DNA of 64,000 nt from a bacterium (GTDB taxonomy: Bacteria; Zhuqueibacterota; Zhuqueibacteria; Residuimicrobiales; Krinioviventaceae), in assembly GCA_963674595.2 (NCBI GenBank), contig CAXXFV010000016.1, positions 288,001 through 352,000 on the forward strand. Direction: 5' to 3'. A program made the position numbers and the translations under genes. Within the stretch, counting starts at the first letter, position 1. Each line of letters opens with the position of its first letter. Shown here in pieces: positions 8,957 through 19,529 of the stretch. The notes under the pieces were generated by a model. That model saw only the letters and a program-made list of their open reading frames with translations. It was not told the origin of the DNA and searched no databases.

Positions 8957-10122
8957 GAAAACAAGGATATTTTGGAGAGTTCGGTGGTCAGTTTGTGCCT
9001 GAGTTGCTTATCCCTGCTTTGCTGGAATTACAGGAAGCCTATGAATATTATTCGAAACAGGATGATTTTCAAAGGGAATATAGGGAATTGCTGGCCAATT
9101 ATGCCGGGCGTCCAACGCCGCTTTTTCATGCGTTAAATATGGAAAATCTGTGTAACGGCGCAAAAATTTTACTGAAAAGAGAAGACTTGAATCACACAGG
9201 TTCTCATAAATTAAACAATTGCATTGGCCAGGTTTTGCTGGCGAAAAAAATGGGTAAAGAAAGCATTATTGCAGAAACCGGCGCCGGTCAGCATGGTGTT
9301 GCTACGGCCACGGTGTGTGCTCTTTTAAATATGCAATGCCGGATCTTTATGGGCAGGGAAGATACAATTCGCCAGGAATTGAACGTTTCCAGAATGCAGC
9401 TTTTGGGTGCAGAGGTTATTCCGGTAGATTCCGGTACCAAAACACTTAAAGATGCTGTTAACGAAGCCATGCGGGAATGGATCCGGTGTGTAAAAACAAC
9501 CCATTTTACAAGCGGGTCTGTGATTGGGCCCCATCCATTTCCAACACTGGTGCGTGATTTTCAGTCCGTAATTGGTAATGAAGTCATACAACAATTGCCC
9601 CAGTATGGTGTTGATGTTCCGGATGTTATTATTGCTTGTGTAGGCGGCGGCAGTAATTCTATGGGAATTTTTTATCCCTTTAAAGACAGTTCTGCCCGTT
9701 TAATTGGTGTTGAGGCAGGAGGCAGGGGGAGTAAAATTGGTGACAATGCTGCTTCCATTAATTTTGGTGAACCGGGTGTTTTTCACGGTAAAAAGAGTTA
9801 TTTTTTACAGGACAAAAACGGGCAAATTGCACCGGCACATTCTATTGCTGCCGGACTTGATTATCCCGGTGTCGGGCCGGAACACGCTAATTTTCATGAT
9901 ACGAAACGGGCGGAATATGTAACCATTTCTGATAAAGAGGCTGTAGAGGCATTTCAAATGTTGTCGCGTACGGAAGGTATAATTCCGGCACTGGAAAGTT
10001 CACATGCTATTGCTTATGCGTTAAAACTGGCTCCAACGTTATCCCCTGATGAGACAATTGTGGTCAATTTGTCCGGTCGTGGCGATAAAGATTTTATTAA
10101 CCTGAAACATAATGTGGTATGA
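8953..10122 (+). CDS. trpB: Tryptophan synthase beta subunit
   Basis: [48 protein letters not shown]. Confidence 0.97.
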   Translation: MRKQGYFGEFGGQFVPELLIPALLELQEAYEYYSKQDDFQREYRELLANYAGRPTPLFHALNMENLCNGAKILLKREDLNHTGSHKLNNCIGQVLLAKKMGKESIIAETGAGQHGVATATVCALLNMQCRIFMGREDTIRQELNVSRMQLLGAEVIPVDSGTKTLKDAVNEAMREWIRCVKTTHFTSGSVIGPHPFPTLVRDFQSVIGNEVIQQLPQYGVDVPDVIIACVGGGSNSMGIFYPFKDSSARLIGVEAGGRGSKIGDNAASINFGEPGVFHGKKSYFLQDKNGQIAPAHSIAAGLDYPGVGPEHANFHDTKRAEYVTISDKEAVEAFQMLSRTEGIIPALESSHAIAYALKLAPTLSPDETIVVNLSGRGDKDFINLKHNVV

Positions 10123-10922
10123 GGCGAAAAATGAACCGAATTGATAAATGTTTTGCAGATTTGAAAAAAGAGAATAAAAAAGCACTAATTACTTTTATTA
10201 CCGCCGGTGATCCGGATTTAGCGACAACGTTGGACATTATGAAAGCCCTGGCTGATAACGGCGTTGATATTATTGAATTGGGTGTTCCGTTCTCCGATCC
10301 GATTGCAGACGGACCCATCATTCAGGCCTCTACTGTGCGGGCTTTGAAAAATAAAATTACAATTCATGATATCCTCAAGCTGGTTACTGACTTTAGAAAA
10401 ACACACCAAACTCCGGTCGTTTTGATGGGATACCTCAACCCAATCCTGAGGTTTGGACCAAAAGATTTTTTTACAGAAATGAAACAGGCCGGTGGTGACG
10501 GCGTCATCATTGCTGATTTACCCTATGAAGAGGGTGAAGAGTATGAAGAATTGAGAAAAGAGTTTGATATTTCTCTTATCTATCTTTTAGCACCTGAAAC
10601 AGGAACCGACCGCACAAAAAATATATTAAAAGCATCCAGTGGATTTGTTTATTGTGTGGCGCATTATGGTACGACCGGAACGGATGAACAATTCGACCAC
10701 GAGGCTGTCAAGTCGGTTATCACCTCATTTAAAAAGATGACCCAATTGCCGTTGGCTATTGGATTTGGGGTTTCGTCGGTTGAACAGGCCAAATTATTTT
10801 CTCAATTTGCCGATGGAGTTATTATTGGCAGTTGGTTGATTAACGAGCTACAAAAGTCAGATGATAAAGCACAAACAGCAGCCCAATTTGCTCTTGCTGT
10901 AAAAAATGGTATAACCAGGTAA
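10119..10922 (+). CDS. trpA: Tryptophan synthase alpha subunit (alternative start 10131)
   Basis: [31 protein letters not shown]. Confidence 0.96.
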   Translation: MRRKMNRIDKCFADLKKENKKALITFITAGDPDLATTLDIMKALADNGVDIIELGVPFSDPIADGPIIQASTVRALKNKITIHDILKLVTDFRKTHQTPVVLMGYLNPILRFGPKDFFTEMKQAGGDGVIIADLPYEEGEEYEELRKEFDISLIYLLAPETGTDRTKNILKASSGFVYCVAHYGTTGTDEQFDHEAVKSVITSFKKMTQLPLAIGFGVSSVEQAKLFSQFADGVIIGSWLINELQKSDDKAQTAAQFALAVKNGITR

Positions 10923-11020
10923 TATAAAAATCGTTTTTTGGGGAATAATTTGAGATTGGATTTGATTTAAACAATTAAATTTTTATATTTGATTTTACAC
11001 CGATAAAATTGAGGTTAAAC

Positions 11021-11833
11021 ATGGTTGAATGGTTTAAACAATCTGATCCGGTTTTACAGGCATTATTAGCGACTTTGTTTACATGGTTTGTGACGGCTGC
11101 CGGCGCTGCTGTCGTTTTTATGTTTAAAACAATTAATCGTAAAGTGTTAGACGGCATGCTGGGTTTTGCAGCCGGTGTTATGATTGCCGCAAGTTTTTGG
11201 TCTCTTTTGGCACCCGCAATTGAAATGGCTGAAGAATCTGGCGGCTTGCCCTGGATTCCGGCTACGGTTGGTTTTTTAATCGGAGGCGCCTTTTTATATG
11301 CCATTGATAAAATACTACCGCATTTACATATCGGTATGCCGAGATCCGAGGCTGAAGGTATTAAAACAAGCTGGCAACGTAGTGTTTTACTGGTTTTGGC
11401 AATAACATTACATAATTTTCCTGAAGGATTAGCTGTCGGAGTTGCTTTTGGTGCTGTCAGCGCCGATTTACCATCTGCATCTTTGGCCGGTGCTATCGCT
11501 CTGGCAATTGGTATTGGTATACAAAATTTTCCGGAAGGAGCAGCCGTATCTATACCGTTAAGGCGGGAAGGATTATCGCGGTTTAAAAGTTTTTGGTACG
11601 GTCAAATGTCCGGGGTTGTTGAACCCATTGCCGGTGTATTGGGAGCAACGGCTGTTATTCTTGCCCGCCCGATTTTACCCTATGCTTTGGCTTTTGCTGC
11701 CGGTGCAATGATTTATGTTGTTGTTGAAGAGTTGATTCCTGAATCACAACTGGACACAAGTACCGATGTGTCTACAATAGGCGCTATGCTTGGTTTTGCC
11801 GTTATGATGACGTTGGATGTCGCGTTGGGCTAA
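11021..11833 (+). CDS. ZIP-family (GufA/ZupT-like) metal transporter
   Basis: [33 protein letters not shown]; ATG 11021 after GAGG. Confidence 0.9.
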   Translation: MVEWFKQSDPVLQALLATLFTWFVTAAGAAVVFMFKTINRKVLDGMLGFAAGVMIAASFWSLLAPAIEMAEESGGLPWIPATVGFLIGGAFLYAIDKILPHLHIGMPRSEAEGIKTSWQRSVLLVLAITLHNFPEGLAVGVAFGAVSADLPSASLAGAIALAIGIGIQNFPEGAAVSIPLRREGLSRFKSFWYGQMSGVVEPIAGVLGATAVILARPILPYALAFAAGAMIYVVVEELIPESQLDTSTDVSTIGAMLGFAVMMTLDVALG

Positions 11834-11853
11834 TAGATGAGAATGTCGATGGT

Positions 11854-12366
11854 ATGAAACGAAATATTATGACACTTTTTTTGGGGGCTTTTATGGCTGT
11901 TTTTTTTATGAAATTTGTTTTTAAAGAACCGGTGAAACAATGGCAGCCTGCTTTTGAGGATATACAATTTCACAATTTTGATTATGCTTTGGATACGGCA
12001 TTTAGAGATGTTTGTGATAAAGATATTGATCTTTCGGGTGCATTGCCGGACAGCCTTTCACCGGCCTGCAAAGGAATTATAAAACTGAAATATTATTTCC
12101 TTCCAATGATTAAGGTCCGACAACTGATTTATGAGGCGGACCGGCTTTGTTTTTTTAATCAGTTTCAAGATGCTGCTGAAAAACTTGAATCTGCCCGAGT
12201 TCTGTTATTCCAAAATGCACAATTTGGCGATATTGAGTATAAAAAAGGAATCAATGAATTGATAATTTTAATTGATGATATGATTCATGATGTCAAAAAT
12301 GAAAATATTATTACCAGGGAAAAGTTTTTACAGCTTGCCGATTATGTGAATAAAATTCTGCAATAA
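11854..12366 (+). CDS. Hypothetical protein with N-terminal hydrophobic segment
   Basis: 170-aa ORF in operon orientation; no motif recognised. Confidence 0.65.
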   Translation: MKRNIMTLFLGAFMAVFFMKFVFKEPVKQWQPAFEDIQFHNFDYALDTAFRDVCDKDIDLSGALPDSLSPACKGIIKLKYYFLPMIKVRQLIYEADRLCFFNQFQDAAEKLESARVLLFQNAQFGDIEYKKGINELIILIDDMIHDVKNENIITREKFLQLADYVNKILQ

Positions 12367-12574
12367 AACCAGGTATATGTAAAATTTGGGCTTTTAAACT
12401 CACCTGCATATTTTTATTTTAAACCACCATAGTTCCGGATTAATCTCCATTCATTACATTTAAAATGAAATAGTTACGTTCTTAAATTTAAAAGTTATAG
12501 CTTGTTATTTCAGGTAAAAATTTTTAATTTTATACGCTTTTGCCACATTTGAACTTTTAACATGGAATATTACT

Positions 12575-14197
12575 ATGAAAGTGCTGACATTGATTTTCAG
12601 CCTCCTGGTCGTTTCGGTTTATGCGGGCGATAAACCTGTTGAACTTTTGGATCGTATCCATCTTGTTCCCTATCCTGAAAAAGTTGAGTATAGTGAACAA
12701 AAAATTCTGTTACCCGCTAAAGTATCTGTTTTTGGAATTTCTGATGATAATTCAATGAAGCGGACTAGAGAAACGATTGATAACATGTTTGAAATGGTCC
12801 CGAATATTTATTATGATTATAATGGAACAAACGAATATAAAATTAAATTCGTCCTGTCGACTGACGTAAAACATCCCGAAGGGTATCGGCTTTCAATTAA
12901 TGATGATCAAATTAAAATATCTTATTCTTCAGAGGCAGGTGCTTTTTACGGAGCTCAAACCCTTTACCAGATATTTACATTTAGTTATCATGGTGTTGAC
13001 ATGCTGCCCGGCTGGCATGTTCCGGTTGAAAAAGATGGTTATGATAAAAAATATTTACCCATTCTTGAAATTGAAGATAAGCCCCAATATAAAATTCGGT
13101 CTTTTATGGTTGATATGGGGCGTTCCGTTTTTCCGATGCCTTATTTAAAACATATTATCCGTCTTATTTCCCATTTAAAATTAAATACATTACATATTCA
13201 TTTGTATGATGATGAACTGAATGGATTTCGCTTTTCCACCTTGCCTTTGGGAGAGGAAAATCCTTTTGCAATGGATGCTGATGGCTTGAAGGAACTGGTT
13301 CGCTACGCCCGGTCCTATCATGTCACCATTATCCCGGAACTGGAATCCTGGGGGCATGTTGCCAGTATTGTTTATCATTATCCCGAACTTTACGGGGCAA
13401 AGGGTATGTATGGCGGGGCATCATTTGGAATAGGTGAAAAAACCTATAATTTACTTGAAAAAATGTATGATGAGATTCTTTCATGCCTGGAAGACGAAGC
13501 ACAAATTCATGTCGGATTGGATGAGGCCAAGTGGGCTGTTTTAAAGGGAGAAGAAGACAAAGGGCATTCGCCGGAAAATATGGTGGGTAGAATCTATCAA
13601 ATCCTGCAAAATGCAGGGGAGAGGCAGAATAAAAAAGTAACCATGCATCTTTGGGCGGATCATGGCGGACGACCCGTGCCGGATGAGATAAAAGATAAAA
13701 TTGTTCTTCAACCCTGGAAATACAAAGCATCTGATGAACAGGAAATCGTCCGTTCCCTGGAAAAGTATGGTCAGGAAATTACCCCGATTATGATGGGCGG
13801 CGGAATAAGGTCTGACTGTTTTAACGGTGATTTTGGTGCTACACGTGTTTGGAGCCAACATGGAAGAAAGTATTCAAATGTTTTGGGCGCTACAATTTGT
13901 CTTTGGGGAACGAATGATATATCCGGCAGACTTGTTGGAATTTATACAGGCGCGGATTATATCTGGTCTCCCGATACACCAAAATTACTGGCAGATGATC
14001 CCTTTGATGAAGATTTACGATCAAAGGTTAACAAAGCCATGCGAAATTGGCAGAAAATTTTTCCGGATGCATTGTCTGAAAATTTAGACCAGGACCGGGG
14101 GCCGGAAGTCCTTTTAGGCAAATATGTATGGCCTCCGTCTACAAGTAAACCGGTTGCTCCAACAGCAGTATGGAAATATGACGGTCCTTTAAAATAA
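12575..14197 (+). CDS. Glycoside hydrolase family 20 (beta-hexosaminidase-like), secreted
   Basis: Signal peptide; EGY.L.I, GAFYG.QTL, IEDKP...R.FMVD.GR, KLN.LH.HL.DD, IIPELE..GH, catalytic HVGLDE. Confidence 0.85.
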   Translation: MKVLTLIFSLLVVSVYAGDKPVELLDRIHLVPYPEKVEYSEQKILLPAKVSVFGISDDNSMKRTRETIDNMFEMVPNIYYDYNGTNEYKIKFVLSTDVKHPEGYRLSINDDQIKISYSSEAGAFYGAQTLYQIFTFSYHGVDMLPGWHVPVEKDGYDKKYLPILEIEDKPQYKIRSFMVDMGRSVFPMPYLKHIIRLISHLKLNTLHIHLYDDELNGFRFSTLPLGEENPFAMDADGLKELVRYARSYHVTIIPELESWGHVASIVYHYPELYGAKGMYGGASFGIGEKTYNLLEKMYDEILSCLEDEAQIHVGLDEAKWAVLKGEEDKGHSPENMVGRIYQILQNAGERQNKKVTMHLWADHGGRPVPDEIKDKIVLQPWKYKASDEQEIVRSLEKYGQEITPIMMGGGIRSDCFNGDFGATRVWSQHGRKYSNVLGATICLWGTNDISGRLVGIYTGADYIWSPDTPKLLADDPFDEDLRSKVNKAMRNWQKIFPDALSENLDQDRGPEVLLGKYVWPPSTSKPVAPTAVWKYDGPLK

Positions 14198-14208
14198 GAT
14201 ATTAAGAT

Positions 14209-15378
14209 TTGATGAATTCTGATATAATATATTTTGACAATGCCGCTACCTCATGGCCAAAACCGGATTGTGTAAAGGAGGCCATAGTCCATTTTTTAAC
14301 TGATGTTGGTGCTAATCCGGGACGTTCCGGGCACAGGATGTCTGTTGATGCTTCCAGAATTGTTTTTGAAACAAGGCAGGCGATTGCTGATTTGTTTCAT
14401 GTTACGGATGCTTTAAGGATCACTTTTGCTGCCAATATCACCGAAGCCCTGAATTTAGCTCTTTTGGGTTTATTACAACCGGGTGATCATGTCATCACAA
14501 GCAGTATGGAGCACAATTCCATGATGAGGCCTTTGCGTGCTCTTGAAAAAAACGGCATAGAACTGGATATCGTACTGTGTTCTGACACCGGAGAAATGGA
14601 CCCTCAGGATTTTTTACCACGGATTAAATCAAATACGAAATTAATTGCACTCAACCATGCTTCCAATGTTTGCGGAACGATTTTACCGATTAACGAGGTT
14701 GGGAAAATAGCCCGTGAACACGGACTGCTTTTTTTGGTTGATACGGCACAAACAGCCGGTTCCATTCCCATTGATATGGAAGAGAATTATATTGACCTGT
14801 TGGCCTTTACAGGGCATAAAGGTTTATATGGTCCGACCGGTACCGGCGGGCTTGTCGTCGGAGAACGTGTAGATATAAAAAAGTTAAAACCGCTTAAAAG
14901 AGGCGGTACCGGAAGCCGGTCGGAATCTGAAGAACACCCGGCCTTTTTACCGGATTTACTCGAAAGCGGAACACAGAATGTTGTTGGTATTGCCGGTTTA
15001 GGCGCTTCTGTACGCTGGTTGTTAGACCAGGGAATAGATAACATATACAAACATAAGCAAAATTTGTGTGAATATGCTTTGCACCGCATTTCAAAAATTG
15101 AAAATGTAAGAATATATGGAACTCAATCTGCTTTAAAACAAACAGCTACACTTTCCTTAAATGTCGAAAATATGGATCCTGCAAACGCAAGTTTACGGCT
15201 GGATGAAGAGTTTAATATTATGACACGTGTTGGTTTACATTGTGCACCTGCCGCCCATAAAACATTGGGCACTTTTCCCGAAGGCTCAATTAGAATGAGC
15301 ATGGGATACCTGAATAACGAACCGCAAATTGATCTCGCCGTCAATGCTCTGGAAATATTAAGCAGGGAAGACCAATGA
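14209..15378 (+). CDS. Class V PLP aminotransferase, cysteine desulfurase/selenocysteine lyase-like
   Basis: IYFDNAATS.PKP, EHNS, HASNV.G, D.AQTAG, FTGHKGL.GP.G.G, RVGLHCAP. Confidence 0.9.
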   Translation: MMNSDIIYFDNAATSWPKPDCVKEAIVHFLTDVGANPGRSGHRMSVDASRIVFETRQAIADLFHVTDALRITFAANITEALNLALLGLLQPGDHVITSSMEHNSMMRPLRALEKNGIELDIVLCSDTGEMDPQDFLPRIKSNTKLIALNHASNVCGTILPINEVGKIAREHGLLFLVDTAQTAGSIPIDMEENYIDLLAFTGHKGLYGPTGTGGLVVGERVDIKKLKPLKRGGTGSRSESEEHPAFLPDLLESGTQNVVGIAGLGASVRWLLDQGIDNIYKHKQNLCEYALHRISKIENVRIYGTQSALKQTATLSLNVENMDPANASLRLDEEFNIMTRVGLHCAPAAHKTLGTFPEGSIRMSMGYLNNEPQIDLAVNALEILSREDQ

Positions 15379-15599
15379 AACCAAATTTTTCCGTCATTCT
15401 TGTACCATCTACACACCATGCTATGAAAGCAGAGAGTATACTTTTGCAAGCCGGTGTTTCTTATAAACTGGTACCTGTACCCAGGCATATACATTCGGAT
15501 TGTGGTGTGTGTGTTAGAGTTTTTAAGGCAGACATGGAGAGAGCAAAAAGTCTATTAAAAGACAACAATATAGATATTGAAGGTAGTTTTGATTTGTAA
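15375..15599 (+). CDS. DUF3343 family small putative Se/S carrier protein
   Basis: STHHAMKAE..L, VPVPR.I.SDCG motif; overlaps the upstream stop. Confidence 0.8.
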   Translation: MKPNFSVILVPSTHHAMKAESILLQAGVSYKLVPVPRHIHSDCGVCVRVFKADMERAKSLLKDNNIDIEGSFDL

Positions 15600-15652
15600 A
15601 AGAGAAAAAATTAAGATATCTTTTAGTTTAATTTCTATAATCGGAGGTAGTT

Positions 15653-16006
15653 ATGGAACAGGTTAAGGCAGATGGAAAAGTTTTGGTTGTTTCAAGTGAC
15701 ATTATGGGTGATGGAGATATTGAACTCGGAGGTATTTTAATACGTAGTTTTTTCCATACATTACTAGAATCCGAAATATTACCCAACTCAATTATATTTT
15801 TTAACACCGGAGTAAAGTTGGTTGCAGGAGGTTCACCGGTTCTTGAAGATTTGAAATTTCTTGAACAAAAAAATATAGATATTTTGGCGTGCGGCACCTG
15901 TTTGGGGCATTTTAACTTGAAAGATAAAATAAGCGTTGGACACATTTCCAACATGTATGAAATTTCTGAAACAATGCTCAAGGCCGGTAATATTATAAAC
16001 CTCTAG
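15653..16006 (+). CDS. YedF-like selenium metabolism protein (DsrE-like domain only)
   Basis: MGDGD.ELG..L...FF, F.N.GVKL, ACGTCL.HF, VG.ISNMY.I; GGAGG RBS. Confidence 0.85.
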   Translation: MEQVKADGKVLVVSSDIMGDGDIELGGILIRSFFHTLLESEILPNSIIFFNTGVKLVAGGSPVLEDLKFLEQKNIDILACGTCLGHFNLKDKISVGHISNMYEISETMLKAGNIINL

Positions 16007-16191
16007 TTTTAAGTTTAAAAATACTTGGCAGAATCTTGCTATTATTTGTCGCTGCTTTATTAAACTGGTTTTTTTTGAATAACTTGGGAAATCCTGTTGA
16101 CTGAGTTTTATTTAAATCTCTGGTTTAACTTTTGTACAGCTACTCTAAAGCAAATTCCGAAACAAGCTCGCTGTGAAATTGGAGATGAAAT

Positions 16192-17772
16192 ATGCTCAAA
16201 AGATTATTGTTTTTTATCCTTTCACTTGTTGTTTTATATATCATAGGATTTATTGGCAATGCATTTCTTTTTATTTTATTTCTAAACGTTACTTTTTTAT
16301 ATCTTTTATATTTTATCACATGTGAAACTTGTATATATTTGAAAACTAAAGGTCAGGTACAAAAGGCAGTTATTGTTTCCCTCTTGTTTTTAATATTAGT
16401 GGGTTGGATGTTAAATCATTTTATGTTGCCGGACAAGTTTCACCCGGTTAGTGTTGCAGGAAATATAGGAATTTTTCTGTTTACGTTGTTTTTAGGGTGG
16501 AGTATCTGGAAAAAAAGTAAAAAAAGTTTATTGATTACCGGTTCTGTTATCTTTGTATTATTTATATTTATTCTCACCATTTACAAGTCAGTCGGCCAAC
16601 CACAGGCAAAAACAGATCCGGGGCTTGCTGTTCAATCCATACCTTATTTGTCCTATGTTGTTAATGATAAACAAGCTGAAAAAAATGGCGTCATAAAAAT
16701 TGATACAAATCTTGTTTATAATGGAGTTAATCTTTACATTCCTTTTCTGCGTTCAAATGCATTGCTTTTGGATATGAATGGCAATGTTTTACACACCTGG
16801 AATGTGAAAAGGAATTCTCCCACCTGGTCTTATGTTACAATGCTTAAAAATGGCGATTTGTTAAGCAGTAATAAAGATGATATGTTGCTGCGGCTTGATT
16901 GGAATTCGAATATAAAGTGGGAAAAGAATATTCGTTGTCATCATGATATTGCTGTTGCAGAGAATAATGATATTTACGCTTTATCGCGTAAGGATACACT
17001 GGTTTTTGTTTATGGCATTCCCATGCCGATGTTAAATGATTATATTACGGTTTTATCAAGTGACGGGAAAATTAAAAATGAAATATCACTGTACAATGTT
17101 TTAAAATATACGGTATCTTTTAAAAATGTAAAAGAGATATACAAGTGGATGATAAATCCGTTGAACTGTATAAAAATTATTACAAATAAAGTTAAGAACG
17201 GTTTTATTTTTTACAATGACACTGTTTTTGATGTTTTTCATAATAATACGGTAACAATTATAGATAAAGATGTAGAGGGGCTTTGTAAAAAGGGAAATGT
17301 TCTCATTTCCAGTCGCCAGAAAAGTACGGTGGGTATTGTAGACATTGGCGCTGAAAAATTGGTATGGAGTTGGGGACCCGGAATCATCAACAAACAGCAT
17401 CACCCTACATTTTTGGAAAACGGCCACATTTTGATTTTTGACAATGGATGGGTAAAAAAACGATCCAGGATTGTTGAGGTGGATCCTTTAAAAAGAAAAA
17501 TTGTGTGGGAATATGTTGAAAAACCTCCGGAATTGTTCTACTCTTCTACAGCAGGTGCAAGCCAAAGACTGCCAAATGGTAATACGTTGATAACGGAAAG
17601 CGCAAAAGGACGGGTTTTTGAAGTTACTGCTGATGGTGAAATTGTTTGGGAATTTTTCAATCCTGAAAGGAGAAAAGATGGAAAAAGAATTGTAATTTAT
17701 CGTATGGAACGTATTACAAATCCTGATGAATACCCGGTATTAAAAAAAATTATGCAAAATAGAATATCTTGA
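16192..17772 (+). CDS. Membrane-anchored arylsulfotransferase (ASST)-like beta-propeller protein, paralog 1
   Basis: About 4 N-terminal TM helices; HHD, FHNN, ISSR, QHH, FDN, QRLPNGNTLITES..GR..EV motifs. Confidence 0.78.
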   Translation: MLKRLLFFILSLVVLYIIGFIGNAFLFILFLNVTFLYLLYFITCETCIYLKTKGQVQKAVIVSLLFLILVGWMLNHFMLPDKFHPVSVAGNIGIFLFTLFLGWSIWKKSKKSLLITGSVIFVLFIFILTIYKSVGQPQAKTDPGLAVQSIPYLSYVVNDKQAEKNGVIKIDTNLVYNGVNLYIPFLRSNALLLDMNGNVLHTWNVKRNSPTWSYVTMLKNGDLLSSNKDDMLLRLDWNSNIKWEKNIRCHHDIAVAENNDIYALSRKDTLVFVYGIPMPMLNDYITVLSSDGKIKNEISLYNVLKYTVSFKNVKEIYKWMINPLNCIKIITNKVKNGFIFYNDTVFDVFHNNTVTIIDKDVEGLCKKGNVLISSRQKSTVGIVDIGAEKLVWSWGPGIINKQHHPTFLENGHILIFDNGWVKKRSRIVEVDPLKRKIVWEYVEKPPELFYSSTAGASQRLPNGNTLITESAKGRVFEVTADGEIVWEFFNPERRKDGKRIVIYRMERITNPDEYPVLKKIMQNRIS

Positions 17773-17796
17773 AATTTTTAAATAATTGGAGAATGA

Positions 17797-19380
17797 ATGT
17801 ATAAAAAACTTGTAATTTTACCCGTTTTAATTGCAATCTTGTATTTAATAGGATTTATTGGCAATGCATTTCTTTTTATTTTATTACTAAACGTTTCTTT
17901 TTTATATCTTTTATATTTTATTACAAGTGAAACATGGTCGTATTTAAAAACTAAAAGCCAGGCACAAAAGGCTGTCGTTTTTTTTCTGCTTTTTTCTCTA
18001 TTAGTGGGCTGGTCATCGAATCATTTTTTATTTCCCGACAAGTTTCACCCGATAAGTATCGCTGGAAATGCAGGGATTTTATTGTTTGCTTTATTTTTAG
18101 GGTGGGGTATATGGAAAAAAAGTAAAAAAAGTTTGGTGGTTACCGGTTCTGTTATCTTTGTATTATTTATATTTATTCTCACAGTTTGGAAGTCTGTCGG
18201 CCAACCACAGGAAAAAGCAGATCCGGGGCTTGCCATACAATCCATACCCTATTTGTCTTATGTTGTAAATGACAAACAAGCTGATAAAAGTGGTGTTATT
18301 AAAATTGATACAAACCGCGTTTGTGAAGGATTTAATGTTTATAATTCATTTCGAAAACCTGGAGCTTATTTGGTCGATATGACAGGTACCGTTTTACATA
18401 AATGGCTTCCTAAACAATCGCATCCGGATTGGTTTTATGTTACGATGGCCAAAAATGGTGATTTGTTAGTAGGAATCAGAGATATTGAGCTTTTGCGTCT
18501 TGATTGGGATTCGAATGTTATTTGGAGAAATGATATTCGTTGTCATCATGATATTGCCATAGCTGAAAATAATGATATTTATACATTGTCACGAAAAGAT
18601 AAAATATTTTTTATGTACGGTATTCCAGTGCCGATATTAAATGATTATCTTGTTATGTTATCGCCTGAAGGAAAAATAAAAAAAGAGTTTTCTTTATATA
18701 ATATACTGGAATATAGATTGTCTTTTGAAAATATAAAAAGCATATATTCATGGATGCTTAATCCATTGAACTGTATACAAATTATTAAAAACAAGTTTGA
18801 AACCGGTTTTGTTCTATATCATGATATACCGTTTGATGTATTTCACAATAATACGGTAACAATAGTTGACAAGGATGTGGACGGATTTTGTAAAAAGGGA
18901 AATATTCTTATCTCCAGCCGGGATATGAATACGGTGGGTATTGTGGACCTTGAAAGTGAAAAGTTGATATGGAGCTGGGGCCCAAGAATAATAAATAAAC
19001 AACACCATCCTACATTTTTGGAAAACGGTAATATTTTGATTTTTGATAACGGCCGGATAAAAAAACAGTCCAGAGTTATTGAACTTGATCCCATAAAAGA
19101 GGAAATCGTATGGGAATATAAAGACAATCCCCCGGAGCAATTTTTCACATCCTCCATGGGCGCCAGCCAGCGGTTGGAAAACGGCAATACTTTAATAACG
19201 GAAAGTGCTAAGGGACGTGTTATTGAGGTGACACCGGATAATGAAATTGTTTGGGAATTCCTGAATCCGGACAAAACAGAGGACGGTAAGAGAATTGTCA
19301 TTTATCGTATGCAGCGTATTACCGATCCTGAGAACTATCCGGTTTTGGAAGAATTTAACGATGTTGTGCCGGAAAAGTAA
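17797..19380 (+). CDS. Membrane-anchored arylsulfotransferase (ASST)-like protein, paralog 2
   Basis: Colinear paralog of 16192-17772 with the same motifs. Confidence 0.78.
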   Translation: MYKKLVILPVLIAILYLIGFIGNAFLFILLLNVSFLYLLYFITSETWSYLKTKSQAQKAVVFFLLFSLLVGWSSNHFLFPDKFHPISIAGNAGILLFALFLGWGIWKKSKKSLVVTGSVIFVLFIFILTVWKSVGQPQEKADPGLAIQSIPYLSYVVNDKQADKSGVIKIDTNRVCEGFNVYNSFRKPGAYLVDMTGTVLHKWLPKQSHPDWFYVTMAKNGDLLVGIRDIELLRLDWDSNVIWRNDIRCHHDIAIAENNDIYTLSRKDKIFFMYGIPVPILNDYLVMLSPEGKIKKEFSLYNILEYRLSFENIKSIYSWMLNPLNCIQIIKNKFETGFVLYHDIPFDVFHNNTVTIVDKDVDGFCKKGNILISSRDMNTVGIVDLESEKLIWSWGPRIINKQHHPTFLENGNILIFDNGRIKKQSRVIELDPIKEEIVWEYKDNPPEQFFTSSMGASQRLENGNTLITESAKGRVIEVTPDNEIVWEFLNPDKTEDGKRIVIYRMQRITDPENYPVLEEFNDVVPEK

Positions 19381-19476
19381 AAATATATAAATCCAGTGAT
19401 TGTACAACGATTCATACCCTCTGGACAGGGCAACATGAGGGCTGGTTATTTATATTTACGAAAAACAAGTTTTTAT

Positions 19477-19517
19477 TTTTCTATGCCTGGAGATGGGGAT
19501 TCCCCGGGCATAGAAAA
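19477..19517. terminator. Strong hairpin between convergent genes, probable terminator
   Basis: TTTTCTATGCC..GGCATAGAAAA inverted repeat; U-tract is poor. Confidence 0.6.
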
Positions 19518-19529
19518 TGTCTTTTAATT

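Noticed and set aside
14209-16006. Selenocysteine (UGA) readthrough in the Se/S relay genes
   Set aside because: No in-frame TGA in these ORFs; the key positions are ordinary Cys codons
16025-16040. TTGGCAGAATCTTGCT as a sigma54 promoter for the ASST genes
   Set aside because: Only 9 nt separate GG and GC, whereas sigma54 promoters need 10
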